Origin: Chrysomallon squamiferum
Lineage: Eukaryota; Animalia; Mollusca
Direction: 5' to 3'
NCBI GenBank assembly: GCA_012295275.1
Contig: CM022665.1
Span: 3,162,001 to 3,226,000, forward strand
Length of the DNA stretch: 64,000 nt
A model generated the notes under the pieces. That model was not told the DNA's origin and made no database searches. It worked only from the letters and a program-made list of their open reading frames with translations. The first letter of the stretch is position 1; each line of letters begins with the position of its first letter. Shown here one piece after another: positions 15,334 through 29,259 of this stretch. Made by a program: the position numbers and the translations under genes.

Positions 15334-18300
15334 GTAAGCAAATAAATAAAGTTTTCATGTAACTGATGTTGTTTTTTTAATTTTAAAAAGTCTATACAAA
15401 TCTTAATAGACATGAAAAATGTTTTTATATCTATTTTTGTTTTACGCCTAGTAGCTGATATATTTTTTGTACTGGGGTGTAGTTAAATATTCATTCATTT
15501 ATTTAATAGATTTGTTAATATTTGTTAGTATTATTCTGATTAATGTTATGATTAATTATATTGTTCATGATGCTGTTATTGTTGTTATTATTACTGTTAT
15601 TATTATCACTATTATTATTGTTGTTGTTGTTGGTTGTAGTTGTTACTTTAATTTTTATTACTGTTAATAATAATATCAATTATTAGTATTACTGTTATTA
15701 TTATTATTATTATTATTACTACTACTACTATTACTAAATTATCATCATCATTATCATCATCATCATCATCATCATTATCTGTAATTTAGAAAATATTTTT
15801 TTATCAAATCATTTCTTTCTTTTTATTTCAGTAACAACCTGTAAGGTTTATAGAATACAATTAATTTACTAATTTTGTTTTCATCATTCCAAGTTAAGTC
15901 TAATTTTATTTATCACTTGGTCTATCATGCATACATTTCTCTGGATATCTCTGCTCATTTCTGTCTTTAATTTCATTTCATTTCCTCAATGTACTTTTCT
16001 TTTCCATGAAATTACCTGTTAATAAAACTAACTAAAATAATTACCTGTATGATTTTTTTTTTTTTTATATGACACAATGTCATTATCTTTAACAGCATCA
16101 AGCCAATACTTGGATAACCTGCAAGTTGTTCAGTTTTGTTGGCATGGTGATGACAATTGATTTTATTGATCAAAAAGAACATTGAAGGATTTCATACCTG
16201 GTTTATTTCTCATGTTGATCTTAGTTTTTGGTTGAGCAGTGATTTTGATCGGGTTTCGAACTGCTAACATCCTCGTTAAACTGGGACGTGGTTTTAAAAG
16301 TAGGCTGATGTGTTGTCCATCTTAATGAAAAAAAATAAAAAAATAATAATGTCATTAATATTAGTAAAAAAAATACAATCAATTTTTACATTTTAATAGA
16401 TTTATGGTAATGTGAAAAACTATAATGATGATGATGATGATAAAGAATACAACCATTTACGAAGTCCTCTATCTTATCGGTTCTTCAAATATTTAGATAT
16501 TTCTCATTTCTGTCAGTGAACTATCCATCTTTTGTTTAATGTGTTAATATCAAACAATCCATCCATTTTCCATCCATCATTTATTTATCTGTTGTACATT
16601 TTTTCTATCCATCTCTTTATTCATAATCCATCAATTCATTCATTCTTCCTTCCATCAGTTCGTTCATTCTTCCTTCCATCCACCCATCCAAACAGTCCCA
16701 AACAACTCTCTGTTTTACTGAGATAAACAATTAATTTCAGAATGTTCTGCATTTTAAAAAAAATCTTCCTATTCACACATTAGTAGCTGTTTTCATCCTG
16801 TTCATCAGTCTTATACTGTAATATAAAATATTGTTTCACTTAAAATACTGTCAGAGTTCTATAATGTCACTGTGCCACTTAATATGTGTCAGTGGTGCTC
16901 GTGTTTACCATTTCTGACTGCCAATTTGTCAATAGATGACATTTCATCTGGTAATCCACAAGTCAATATTACAACTTGAATTGCACTTTGATAAATGGGT
17001 CTGCAGATATGAGCAACGAACTAAACAATACAGCTTTGCTTTTTTTCTGAGAACAGGCATTAAGCACTTTTGCTGTCACCTGAAATATTCAATAAACAGT
17101 ATTACTGACATTTTAATACAGGAAGCACTTGTTAAATAATAAAATAAAATAAAAGGAAAAGTACTTAAAGGTACCGAGGCTCAATATTTAATTTAGAATG
17201 GTTTAAAAAAAAAAAGCTGCTGATCATGAAAAGCTCTTTGATACAGTATCTGTCTTGAATAGAGAGAAAACGGGGTTTACTTTCAGAAAATGCTGCCCAG
17301 TCTTGTAAATGTTGTAGGTACGAAGGTCAGTGAGATGTTACAAAAGTCTAACAGTTCTCTGATTATTACTGATGGTTTAACAGTGTATCTCTGATGATGT
17401 TTAATACATCAGAAAATCTTGCAGTAAACAGTTATTACTAAGTTAAACATTTAGTTATTGCAACATTCTTAACAAGCTATTTTCACTGATTAATATAAAT
17501 ATCTACATCCACACACACATCCACACATACACACAAATACATTACATATAATGGAAGATAATACAATATGCAGATCTGTTCTTTCCATCATATCATATGT
17601 TATAGAATTAATGCATGTTGCTGGTAACATTCATTAAAAAAAACTAAAAAATTAAATAAGATTAAAAATGAAAAAATAACAAAAATAACAAACAACAAAA
17701 ACCAATCTCTCCCAAAAACCCAAACAATCTGGAATGTTCATTTTAAATTCTTAAATTAACATGATTTTAGAATTTTAACTGGAAACAATTCGACATTTTG
17801 TTTTCTCTCTTCCACTCATTATTTAACTTCAGTTTTTAACTGAACAGATTATTTCCTATCAACTGGAAAAGGATTTTAAATTGAACTGTAATAATAATAA
17901 TACATAATAATTTTGATAATCACAATATAAACTTGTTTCCTATGAGGAAAATATATGCCATATTTTCAACCAAAGTTATTTAAAAAAAAAAAAAAAAAGA
18001 TTGAAAGAAGAGAATCCAACCTTAAATGGTTCTATCAGTGTGTTATTCTGGGTGGAATCTTTAAGAAGAAAACAATATTAACAGAAAGAAAATCTGTCAT
18101 TATCAGCTATACAGCACAGCATTTTTCTTAAAGAAAATCAGAACTCACGCCAAATGGAATATATGAACAAGGAGAAGAATTTTAAACAAAAAACGCAGAT
18201 AAAGGAATGAAACATGCACACTGCATGCAATGTTGGAATATGAGATGCATGTTGCGCACTTAACAAACTGAGATGTTAAGAAAAACTAGTTCATTTGTTT

Positions 18301-18910
18301 TTTTAATCTGGCAGAACTTCAACTACGTTAATCTTTTATTGTTAACCTGGGAATATTTTCAAATCAGAAAATTTGTTAGGTTCCATCTGACTTAATCATT
18401 ATAAAGAAAAGTAAATAGAAGAAGACTGAGTGATCAAATGAAATGAAAATTTACAAGGAGTGTTAACTGTAAAGTGTGAAAAAAAAAAAAAAAAAAAAAA
18501 GGTTTTAAAAATTCAGATGCTTACTGATGTATTTTTCTGATCACTGGTTATTTGGTTGTTATCAGAAGTAAATTTGATTATTAATCTTTAAAAACATTTA
18601 TTTAATTTTATTATTATTATTTTTGTAATTTTAATGTAGATATATTTTAATGTCATTGTTTTAGTTAGAGTTTAGGCCATGAAAAATTGTAATCAGGTGC
18701 CTTCAAAAGAAACTTTTATTTGTTTTTGCATGTGATAACAAAACAGTATTTGTTATACAATAAATAAATAAAAATTAAATAAATGTATAAGTAATCCTGT
18801 TTTCAATGTTAATTATTAAAATTATGCACACACACAGTAACTTCACTCATGTAAACATCTGAACTGATCACTGCTTTTAAAAACAAAACAAAATAAAAGG
18901 TAATTTTATT

Positions 18911-18942
<32 letters not shown>

Positions 18943-19074
18943 TTCAGATAATTTCATATTTATTGAATTACAAAGAAAATATTTCACTAATCTTAACACT
19001 TTTGCACTGAGTTCAAGTTCTTTCATTGATGGCTGAAGATTTTCTAAAATTAATAATCAAAATTGTTGAGAAAA

Positions 19075-19270
19075 TAAAAACAGACTGGATGGGCATTTTC
19101 TGAAAACAATAAAATCATCCAGAAGAAGAAAACAGACCTAATGGACAGTTAGTAAAAACAATAAAATCATTTGGAATTTAAAATAAGCCTGATTGACATT
19201 TAGTAAAAAAAAAAAAAAAAAAAAAATTATCTGGTACATAAAACAGGCCACAATGGACATTTTGTGAGAA
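19075..19270 (+). repeat. Degenerate ~56-bp tandem repeat, about 3.5 copies
   Basis: 'aaaacag..c.aatggaca.tt...aaaacaataaaatcat' recurs at ~19077, 19129 and 19239, with a more diverged copy at ~19180. Confidence 0.65.
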
Positions 19271-19499
19271 TATTAAAATGGAGGAAATTGGCAGCAGTGT
19301 TTAATGGTGTTGGAAAACAGGTGAGGTGAGATTAATCTTGGTTTTCTCACATTACAGAATATTTCTAGTGTGACTATCTGCAGACAATCACAGATGAAAT
19401 ATGAACACTTGTCTAAGTGATTTTCAACTAACATTCACAACTGTCTTCTTGCACAGCCTGTCTCATCTAATTACCTTCAAGTTTTATCATTGTTTACTT

Positions 19500-20010
19500 T
19501 TAAATTTTCTTTAAGTAGCATTTCTCATTTAAATTATATTCTTTGTTATACAGAATTGCTCCTTTTTTTTCTCAGTTTTCTTTTCCTGTGTTTATTGGGT
19601 AGAATTTATCGTTTTAAAATTTTATTCATTTCGTTTTTCACTCTTTGTTACATAGTTGTCATTGTTATTTTTATTTTTATTTATTTTTTTCCAGTAAGTA
19701 GCATTTCTAATGTAAACAAAACAAAAATTGTTCCATTTACCTTGTTATGTAGAATTCCTAATTTTTCTCATTATTTTGTTTTCCCTGTTAATTAAGTACA
19801 ATTTATGTTTAAAATTTACTTTTTGTTTCATTTTCCCTCTGTTACACAGAAGTTCTTTATCAGACTGGTTTGGTTTTTTTAACGTTTTTGTTAAGTTGCA
19901 TTTCTCATTTTAAAATTCTGTTAATTTTTCCTTTTTGTTTACACAGAAATTCTGATTTTTCTGATTGTTTTGTTCAGTTTTCCATGTTTGTTAAGTAGCA
20001 TTTCTCATTC
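19500..20010 (+). repeat. T-rich degenerate repeat with motif AAGT(A/T)GCATTTCT(CATT)
   Basis: Motif at ~19513, 19696, 19893 and 19993. The sequence then switches abruptly to the A-rich (TAAAAA)n tract. Confidence 0.6.
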
Positions 20011-20099
20011 TTTCCAATGTTTTATGCTACATAATTTTATATTCAATAAAAACATGTAATAAACAAAACAAAAAACTACAAATAAAAAAAAAAAAAAAA

Positions 20100-20308
20100 A
20101 AAAAATTAAAAAATAAAATAAAAAATAAAAATAAAAATAAAAATAAAAATAAAAATAAAAATAAAAATAAAAATAAAAATAAAAATAAAATAAAATAAAA
20201 TAAATAAAAATAATATATAAAAATAAAAACAAAATAAAATAAAAATTAAATTAAAATTAAATTAAAAAATAAAAATAAAAATAAAATAAAATAAAATAAA
20301 AATAAAAA
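20100..20308. repeat. (TAAAAA)n/(TAAAA)n microsatellite
   Basis: Direct reading. Confidence 0.93.
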
Positions 20309-20445
20309 CTTTAGATAATAAAAATGCTAAATGCCTCTGAGTTTATTATTGTGAAAAATGTTATTCATTAAGTCGCTGTCATTTTTATTATTTAGCCTGT
20401 TATTTATATGTAGAATAAAAGGAAATATCCAAATTAGTTACAATA

Positions 20446-20450
<5 letters not shown>

Positions 20451-20524
<74 letters not shown>

Positions 20525-20580
20525 TGTATGTATGTGTGTGTGTGTGTGTGTGTGTCTGTGTATACATACATACATAGATA
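20451..20580. repeat. Compound (TA)n-(TATG)n-(TG)n microsatellite
   Basis: Direct reading. Confidence 0.95.
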
Positions 20581-20979
20581 ATAATGTACAATAGCAAAAA
20601 AGGTGATTGCTTTAAAATATGGCAGTCTGTTAATGCAAACCAAGTAAACAGTTTAATAGGTTAATCTGTGCTGTTCTTGGATTCAAAGAGAATGCACTTG
20701 ATGTGTGCTTCTTTAATTTTTTCTCTGTTTAATGCAACTCATTTAATCATAATGATGTGCCCTCTCCCTATTTTTTTTCTTCTGAAAAGCTGGATCTTCT
20801 TTCTCAATTGAATTAATGTATTTTACTGAGCTGTGCTTTGCTGCGTTAAACATCTGTCCCTTTGTACAGAAAACAGCTGAAAATGTCTTTAATTTCTAAG
20901 TTTCATTTCTAAGTTAAGGTACGAGTCCAGAAAATTCACTTCAATACTTTACTGCTTTTTGTTTACCATTCTGACTTTT

Positions 20980-21820
20980 ACCAGTTTACTTATCTTACTA
21001 GTTTACTGTTACTTATCTTACTAGTTTACTGTTACTTATCTTACTAGTTTACTGTTATATCTTACTTGATTACTGTTATATATCTTACTAGTTTACTGTT
21101 ACATCTTACTTGATTACTGTTGTATATCTTACTAGTTTACTGTTATATCTTACTAGATTACTGGTGTATATCTTACCTGTTTATGGTTATATCTTACTTG
21201 ATTACTGTTGTATATCTTACCTGTTTACTGTTATATCTTACTAGTTTATTGTTATATCTTACTAGATTACTGTTGTATATCTTACCTGTTTATGGTTATA
21301 TCTTACTTGATTACTGTTGTATATCTTACTTGTTTACTGTTATATCTTACTAGTTTATTGTTATATCTTACTTGATTACTGTTGTATATCTTACCTGTTT
21401 ACTGTTATATCTTACTAGTTTATTGTTATATCTTACTAGATTACTGGTGTATATCTTACCTGTTTATGGTTATATCTTACTTGATTACTGTTGTATATCT
21501 TACCTGTTTACTGTTATATCTTACTAGTTTATTGTTATATCTTACTTGATTACTGTTGTATATCTTACCTGTTTACTGTTATATCTTACTTGATTACTGT
21601 TGTATATCTCACCTGTTTACTGTTATATCTTACTTGATTACTGTTGTATATCTTACCTGTTTACTGTTATACCTTACTTGATTACTGTTGTGTATCCTAC
21701 CTGTTTACTGTTATATCTTACTAGTTTACACTTACTAATTTACAATTAAAAAAGCTAACTAGTTTACTGTTACATTCTTATTAATATATCAATATACCTT
21801 CCTAGTTTACTGTTATATAT
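20980..21820 (+). repeat. Minisatellite of 21-bp and 23-bp units (44-bp higher-order dimer), about 35 units
   Basis: Units CTTACTAGTTTACTGTTATAT or CTTACCTGTTTACTGTTATAT (21 bp) alternate with CTTACTTGATTACTGTTGTATAT (23 bp). The first units are 24 bp. Confidence 0.97.
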
Positions 21821-22854
21821 TATTCTAATTTATACTGCTACATGATTATTATTCATGATTACTGTTATTATTCTAGTAATTTACTTTAAAATATTATTTT
21901 AGTTTTCAGTTATTTTTTGTATCAGTTTACTTTTTTTTTTAAATGTTAGTTTTTATACATTACTGTTTTATTACTCTATGTTATATATTATTATGATTAT
22001 TATTATAAATTTTTTTTTTTTTTTTTTTAAGAGTTCATTCAGAATGACTATTTTTTTGGTTAAATATCAAACTTTGCTTAGAATTATCTATAAACCCAGT
22101 TTATGCCTCATATTTAAAGTGTATCTTTGTGCTGGGGTGTCATTCAAACATTCATTATTTATTCTTTATTATTCACTGTTCTATCAAGATATTTTTAGAA
22201 TTTATTTTAGGAATGCTACAAAAAATATAAGCTTTTATTGCCTCATGTCTGCCCCATGTCTGAACTGTATAATGATCATTTTTCTCAGATGTTTTATACA
22301 AAATTAACTGTGTGAGCAATATTCAGAGATCTTTGTTAGGGAACAGTAATACTCTGTGATGGCAAACAAATATTATCTGCTTCTGCCAAAGCAAAACAAA
22401 GTGTCTATTAATTGTGTAGTCTGTAGGTATCATGTAAATGACAAAAGACACACCCACCATTTTTATTTCCTTATCATAAATTAATAGCTCTATTGTACTC
22501 TTGCAGGTATATTTATATCAACTTTAGATGAACTCTGTTGACTGAAGTCAATTTTTTTCTTCCATAACATGTTTAAAAAATGCAAATATAAATTACTCTT
22601 TGAATACGTCTTTGTTCGACTACTGTTTAAAAAATTAATTAAAAGAAAAGAAAAACACCACCCACCCAAACACACACACACAGAGACACCTACATGCATA
22701 CACAGACATATATACATCATATTATTATATAATCTTACTAGTTTAGATTTATATTTATTACTACTTTACCATTTGTATTTTATCATTATATGTACATACA
22801 AACACACACACAACCAGACACATAGTACTTTTTTTACCGACATACAATGTTTCA

Positions 22855-24060
22855 GCTTACTGATATACACAATACTAGTTTACTTATATACACAATACTA
22901 GATTGCTATGCTATTACTAGTTTACTGATATACACAATACTAGTTTGCTATGCCAGTACTAGTATACTGATATACAAAAACTAGATTGCTATGCTATTAC
23001 TAGTTTACTGATATACACAATACTAGATTGCTATGCTATTACTTGTTTACTGATATACACAAAACTAGATTGCTATGCTATTACTAGTTTACTGATATAC
23101 ACAATACTAGATTGCTATGCTATTACTAGTTTACTGATATACACAATACTAGATTGCTATGCTATTACTAGTTTACTGATATACACAATACTAGATTGCT
23201 ATGCTATTACTAGTTTACTGATATACACAAAACTAGATTGCTATGCTATTACTAGTTTACTGATATACACAATACTAGATTGCTATGCTATTATTACTAG
23301 TTTACTGATATACACAATACTAGATTGCTATGCTATTACTAGTTTACTGATATACACAATACTAGATTGCTATGCTATTACTAGTTTATTGATATACACA
23401 ATACTAGATTGCTATGCTATTACTAGTTTACTGATATACACAATACTAGATTGCTATGCCAGTACTAGTTTACTGATATACACAATACTAGTTTGCTATA
23501 CCAGTACTAGTTTACTGATATACACAAAACTAGATTGCTATACCAGTACTAGATTACTGATATACACAATACTTGATTGCTATGCTATTACTAGTTTACT
23601 GATATACACAATACTTGATTGCTATGCTATTACTAGTTTACTGATATACACAATACTAGATTGCTATGCCAGTACTAGTTTACTGATATACACAAAACTA
23701 GTTTGCTATACCAGTACTAGATTACTGATATACACAATACTTGATTGCTATGCTATTACTAGTTTACTGATATACACAATACTAGATTGCTATGCCAGTA
23801 CTAGTTTACTGATATACACAATACTAGTTTGCTATACCAGTACTAGTTTACTGATATACACAATACTAGTTTGCTATACCAGTACTAGTTTACTGATATA
23901 CACAAAACTAGATTGCTATACCAGTACTAGATTACTGATATACACAATACTTGATTGCTATGCTATTACTAGTTTACTGATATACACAATACTTGATTGC
24001 TATGCTATTACTAGTTTACTGATATACACAATATTAGTTTGCTATACCAGAACTACTTTA
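22855..24060 (+). repeat. 42-bp minisatellite, about 28 copies
   Basis: Consensus TACTAGTTTACTGATATACACAA+TACTAGATTGCTATGCTAT (23+19 bp subunits). It is the source of the 14-aa periodic ORF 23389-24096. Confidence 0.98.
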
Positions 24061-24449
24061 CTCTTATATACAGTGAAAATTAATGCAGCAATCTAATGAA
24101 TATTTACTGCTATCATGACAAGTTAGCAGTGTTATTAACCCATTACATTTGTATTATGAAAAAGAAAAGATGAAGTACTGACTGTATTAACAGTTCATTA
24201 AACGGTAAATTATGTGATGATAAAATAACAGTTCATTACATAGTGAACTGTGCGATCATAGGTGATAAAATGAAAGAAAAATCAATGTGGGGTAAATTAA
24301 GGAAATTGCTCAATTACTGTGATCAAATAAATCGGTTAACCTTTAAAAAAAGTGAATTGATTTTTCGATCACAGTTTCAACTGTGACCAACAATTACATG
24401 TATTTACTGCATCTTTGTTACAATCAATAATTAGCTGAAGGCTTAGTAT

Positions 24450-24775
24450 TATACAGTTTTCTGTCATATACAGCTCTTGTTTATGTTACATTATTCAGTT
24501 CTGATTTATGCTATTATACAGTTCTACTTTATGTTATATACAACTGATATACATACAGTACCTGTTTGTATCACACACAGTACTTGTTTATGTTATATAC
24601 AGTTCTAGTTTATGTTGTATGCAATTCTAGTTTAAGTTGTATGCAGTATTATTTATGTTGTATGCACTATTAGTTTATGTTATATACAGTACTAGTTTAT
24701 GCTCTATACAGTTCTAGTTTATATTATATACAGCACTTGTTTATGTTTAATGTAGTACTAGTTTATGTTATAATA
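24450..24775 (+). repeat. Degenerate 22-bp minisatellite
   Basis: Unit TACAGT(A/T)CTAGTTTATGTTATA repeated about 12 times, cleanest at 24590-24770. Confidence 0.88.
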
Positions 24776-26822
24776 AAGTATCATCCATATTTTCTACAGG
24801 GAAACATTTTACTGGGTTATAAAAAAATTTGTGAAAACATTATATGATTTTGTTTGTAATACTATATCTAAATCATAAACAAATCTTGTTAAAGTTGTGC
24901 AGTTGGCTTTTTTCTCTTCTGAAGAATTTGTCAGAGGTTCTTAATATTAGTGAGATAAACAAGTATTTTTATTTTTATTTATTTTTTAAATTTAAAATAA
25001 AAAATGTTTTTTTTTTTTTTTTTTGTTTTTTTGCACTTTAAGTAAAAGTACATTAACCACATATTCATTGTGAGGTACCCATATACCTAACAAACAAATA
25101 TTTATTTTTTTTAAATATTTTTTTAAGCTCTTTTTCCGGATGTCAATTGTGTTATAACCACTCATCTTCTTGAAATGTTTTGAAGAAGATGTAACATGGA
25201 GTGTACAATAATTGGTACTATCAGGTGACAAAAATGAGTTACAGTATGGTGTTTATAATACACGCCACTCTTCAATGTCTACAGTGAATAAAAACATCTT
25301 TTCTCAAAGTCAGTAATGGTGGGTCATGGTTTGTCCTCTTTGACAAAATAAAATGAAGAGGGGATATCTGTATCTGAAGACAAAAGTAAGATTTGAAGAA
25401 GTAAAATTGACACTCTGCCATTTGACAAATGTTATTTAGTAAAACCTGCTCTGATTGGCTGATTTAAATGTTCCCAGACTCTTAGTTACACAATCACAAC
25501 AACTCTTTCACACACACATATACTTACTTACTTACTTTTTTAAACTGATTGTCATTATTATTCTGTGTCTATTGTAAGACTTCATTTTACTTCTTCTTAA
25601 CTGCCTTGTTATTTAACCTTGTTGATATTGATGGCTGAACTAACAGTCCACATCAAGTGAACATACAGTTTACTCTCATTTAGAATAAAACACAAAAACA
25701 CAGTTTTAATCTCTTAACATTATAAAACAAATTCTTGACACAATAAAGTAGACACCTAACATCTTAACATAATGAAATCAATTTTTAACATTTTAACGTA
25801 ACAAAAGTAACAAAACGTATTCAAATCTTAACATACTAAAAAAGATCTAAACATAATATGAGAAATCATTGATAACGTATTTACATACGACACATTATAA
25901 CTTCTCATTAAAAACACAAACAGAAATTTCTGTTGTTGTTTGCATCATAAGAACTCGGTGCCCTGTACACAGGTGCCAAATACAATATAATATAAAAAGT
26001 GAGCAAGGTAAAGATGGAGAAGAGTATTGCCTACAGAACATAATTCTCTTTCTGCTATAAGAGGAATGACAAAAAATGATCATGTAAAGGTCATGGTGAC
26101 TTTATCAAGGTGACTCTGACTTCCAATGTTTCAGTAGCACACAAACAGCAGCAGAATTCCAAAATATATTTGGCTAGGCATAAATTCTTTGATCTATCTG
26201 TGTGCATGTGTAGCTTATGTGCATGCTTTAAGCATGTGTATGTATGTTTATATGTGTGTGTTTGCAGTTATTATATTTGTATGTATGGTGTATTTTTTGG
26301 CTTATGTGTGTGTGTGTTAGGTTTTTGTGTATGTATTATTTATATGTGTGTGTGTTTATGTTTATGTGCATATATATGGACTTTATGTTTTCATGTGTGT
26401 GTGTTTTTATACTTACATTAGGCAAAAACACATATTTATATACAAATCTTCAGCCTTAAGCTTAGGTGTATCTTTTTTGTTGTTTGTTTTTTTGTGTGTA
26501 TGTGTTACGTTGTTTGTTTGTATATATGTGTTTTGTTGTTTTTTAATGTATGTTATTTTTTGTACGTTTGACTTTCACACACACACACAGTGAGTTGCTA
26601 GACCTCAAAAAGTGATGTTTGAGTTATAAAAAGATTTAAATTTTTAAAAATATAACGACAGCTATAAATGAAACTTTGTGACTTCACAAGAGATATTCTT
26701 GGTGCATAAAATAAAATTAAAACGTTCTAAGCTAAAAGTGTTACTCTGTTTGTTTTTGTGGAGTTTTCTGATAAACATCTGTTCGTGTACTTTACAAATA
26801 CTGTACTCTTTTTTCTCTACAG

Positions 26823-26963
26823 GATTTAGTTCTGGGTTCAAATCCAGCCTCTTACTTCATATATTATATATTTAAAAAAATACCTGACTTTGAACACAAT
26901 CAATATACTTGTTTATTAGAACATGGTGGAAGAAATATAGTGGAATATCTTCTGTAATTCACA
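26823..26963 (+). other. Candidate 141-nt exon, probably non-coding
   Basis: Strong pyrimidine-rich acceptor ending ttttctctacAG (26821-22) and donor ACA|GTAAGT (26964). Phase 0 is open for 44 codons and then hits TAA just before the donor. Confidence 0.25.
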
Positions 26964-29259
26964 GTAAGTTATTCATTTAGAGGTCATTATTTATAATTGA
27001 ATAATTGTGTAGTAAATGTTTTTTATTTTTTTTAATTATTGATGATCTCTGTGATATTAATGTGGTCATATAGCAATATAACATTCATTATTATAGAGTT
27101 AAATATGCAAAACTGAGTATGTGGTTTAAAAAAAAAGAAAAAGGGTGTTTAGTAGACTTAGATTTACTGTACAATATGTTGTAGATATTACACTGGTTGA
27201 CTTAAAGTATACTTCTGGTAATTATGAACAATGAGTCTAAATATATTTATTTCAATTATTATTTTTAAAATTTTTGGTTAACAGTCCTTTCTAATAAGAA
27301 GGAATAACAATAAAAATAATACAGGTTTTTTTTCCCCATGTATCTCCATAATACCATATACTGAAAAGACAGACAAGAACTACACCATGTTGCTTATTTG
27401 TAATACAATAATGGACAAATTGTTTTCACAACAGTGATTAGAATATTGTTTGTAATTTACTGCAGGGTTTGAAATACTGCATTTCTTCATTTCTCAAGAG
27501 TAAGTATTACTTTTGATATAAAAAGAAACAATAATGTTTTGTTTGAACATGACCAACAGAACAATGACTCAGACATCATTGAATAAAAACCATTACTAGT
27601 AGCCAGTGGTTACAAATATCAGAATTCAAATTGTTTTCTAACACTTTACTCCTAATTCTAAAATAGTCTTGCTTTGAAATTTTGGTATTTCCGTTTGGAT
27701 TCAAATTCCTCTGGTTACTATTCTCGTTGAAGTAGTTTTTATCTTGATACAGACATACTTGATCTACGTTCTAATTTTCCTGAACCTAAACAGCCATAGA
27801 AAGATACTGAAATTCCACAATTTTCTCCTTCTCTGCCCAAGGAGCAGGCATTATTTCAGATTTGTTTGATTGACAGAAATGCTACTTTCCTGTCAACTTT
27901 AACACATATACTATTTACCATCAACTAATCATATTTGTCTAAGGTGCTTGCTTGAGAAAATTTTGTTTATGGTTTACACAGAATCAAAGGGGTATCAGTT
28001 TGCTTCCTGCACAGTATATCCTGATATACCTGATCAGGTGATTGTTATCTGACCCCCAAGGCTGCAGCTAAATTGTTATTTCCTTGATGGAAGCTCAGAC
28101 AACTAAAGTCTATTTGCAACAAACTTTCTGGCCTGGTCAGCATCATGCATTTGGTTTGGAATCTCAAAATGACAAGATGTTTGTAAAAATATATCACTTT
28201 GTTTATTTAGTTGTTTTGTTGCAAAATGATAGAGAATCAGACTGGAGTCTGTCGTTGTGAGATTCCAAACTTGATTCTGACCAAGGCAGATAGACAGACT
28301 GACAGACTGCAGGATGAATTCCAGTCAACTGATATTTCAGCCACAAAGTGATCTGGTATGTACTGTGTGAAATCTGAGAACTTAAACATGAAAACATTTT
28401 GTTACTAATGAATAGTAACTCTGTCTCAAGTTTTCAGAACATGGCAAGATAAGACAAAATCTTTTATGTTTTATCTTCGAAAACAGGATCTAACTTATTT
28501 AAATTTATTTAGCTTGTATTTCAAAATAATTTGCAAGTTAGGTTGTACAGTCAGTTGTTTTTGTATGTGTGTGTTTTTTGTTACTGTTGTTGTTGTTGAT
28601 ATTGTTTTTTGGTTTTGTTTTTTAATGTTAATTTAAAAACTGAAATCCCCGAGTTTCATTTTATTAAGTAGACATAGCTTATAGATGAAACTTTAAGGTT
28701 TTTGCTTTTATCTAAGTTTGACTGATGACTGAAAATGATTAAAATTAAGGATTTATTTATTTTTACAGAAAAAACTGTTTCACCCAGACTTGATCACAGA
28801 GTCTCTAACAACATAAATAAAATATTCTTAAATAAAGATTATGAACACAGTGAAATAGTTAATGCTCTAGCTGATATTAAGAACTATTTTAAAATCAGAT
28901 CATTTTTATTAAAATACTTTTTTTGTGAGCTGTTATCTTCTTTTTTCCTTTCAAGAAAGTCATTTTTGTGAATTATATTTAATTCAGATTCTTTTATCAA
29001 TTTAAACTTCAGATAATTTATTTTTAAAACACACATGCAATAGAGAGTTCATGAATGTTTACTTATAGAAATTTCTTACATCTGTCTAGACCAATTCCTC
29101 TTTGAAAACTTTTATTAAAGCTCAACTGCTGTGTGTGGGTAGTCAAGGGTCACTGGAACAACACACACATTTAGAACCAGTCGATGACTTTTATTATAAC
29201 CATTAAACACACTTACTTCATTATACACAGTTTAGTAGATAACCTTAATCATCAACTAC

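Noticed and set aside
16248-16325. tRNA-derived SINE head on the minus strand (B-box-like AGTTCGAAACCC)
   Set aside because: The A box is degenerate and its spacing too long. There is no cloverleaf, tail or second copy in the window.
17165-17200. Kolobok- or piggyBac-like ends (TTAAAGGTAC here; also TTAAGGTAC at 20914 and TTAACCC at 55250)
   Set aside because: No matching opposite terminus found. TTAA words are common in this composition.
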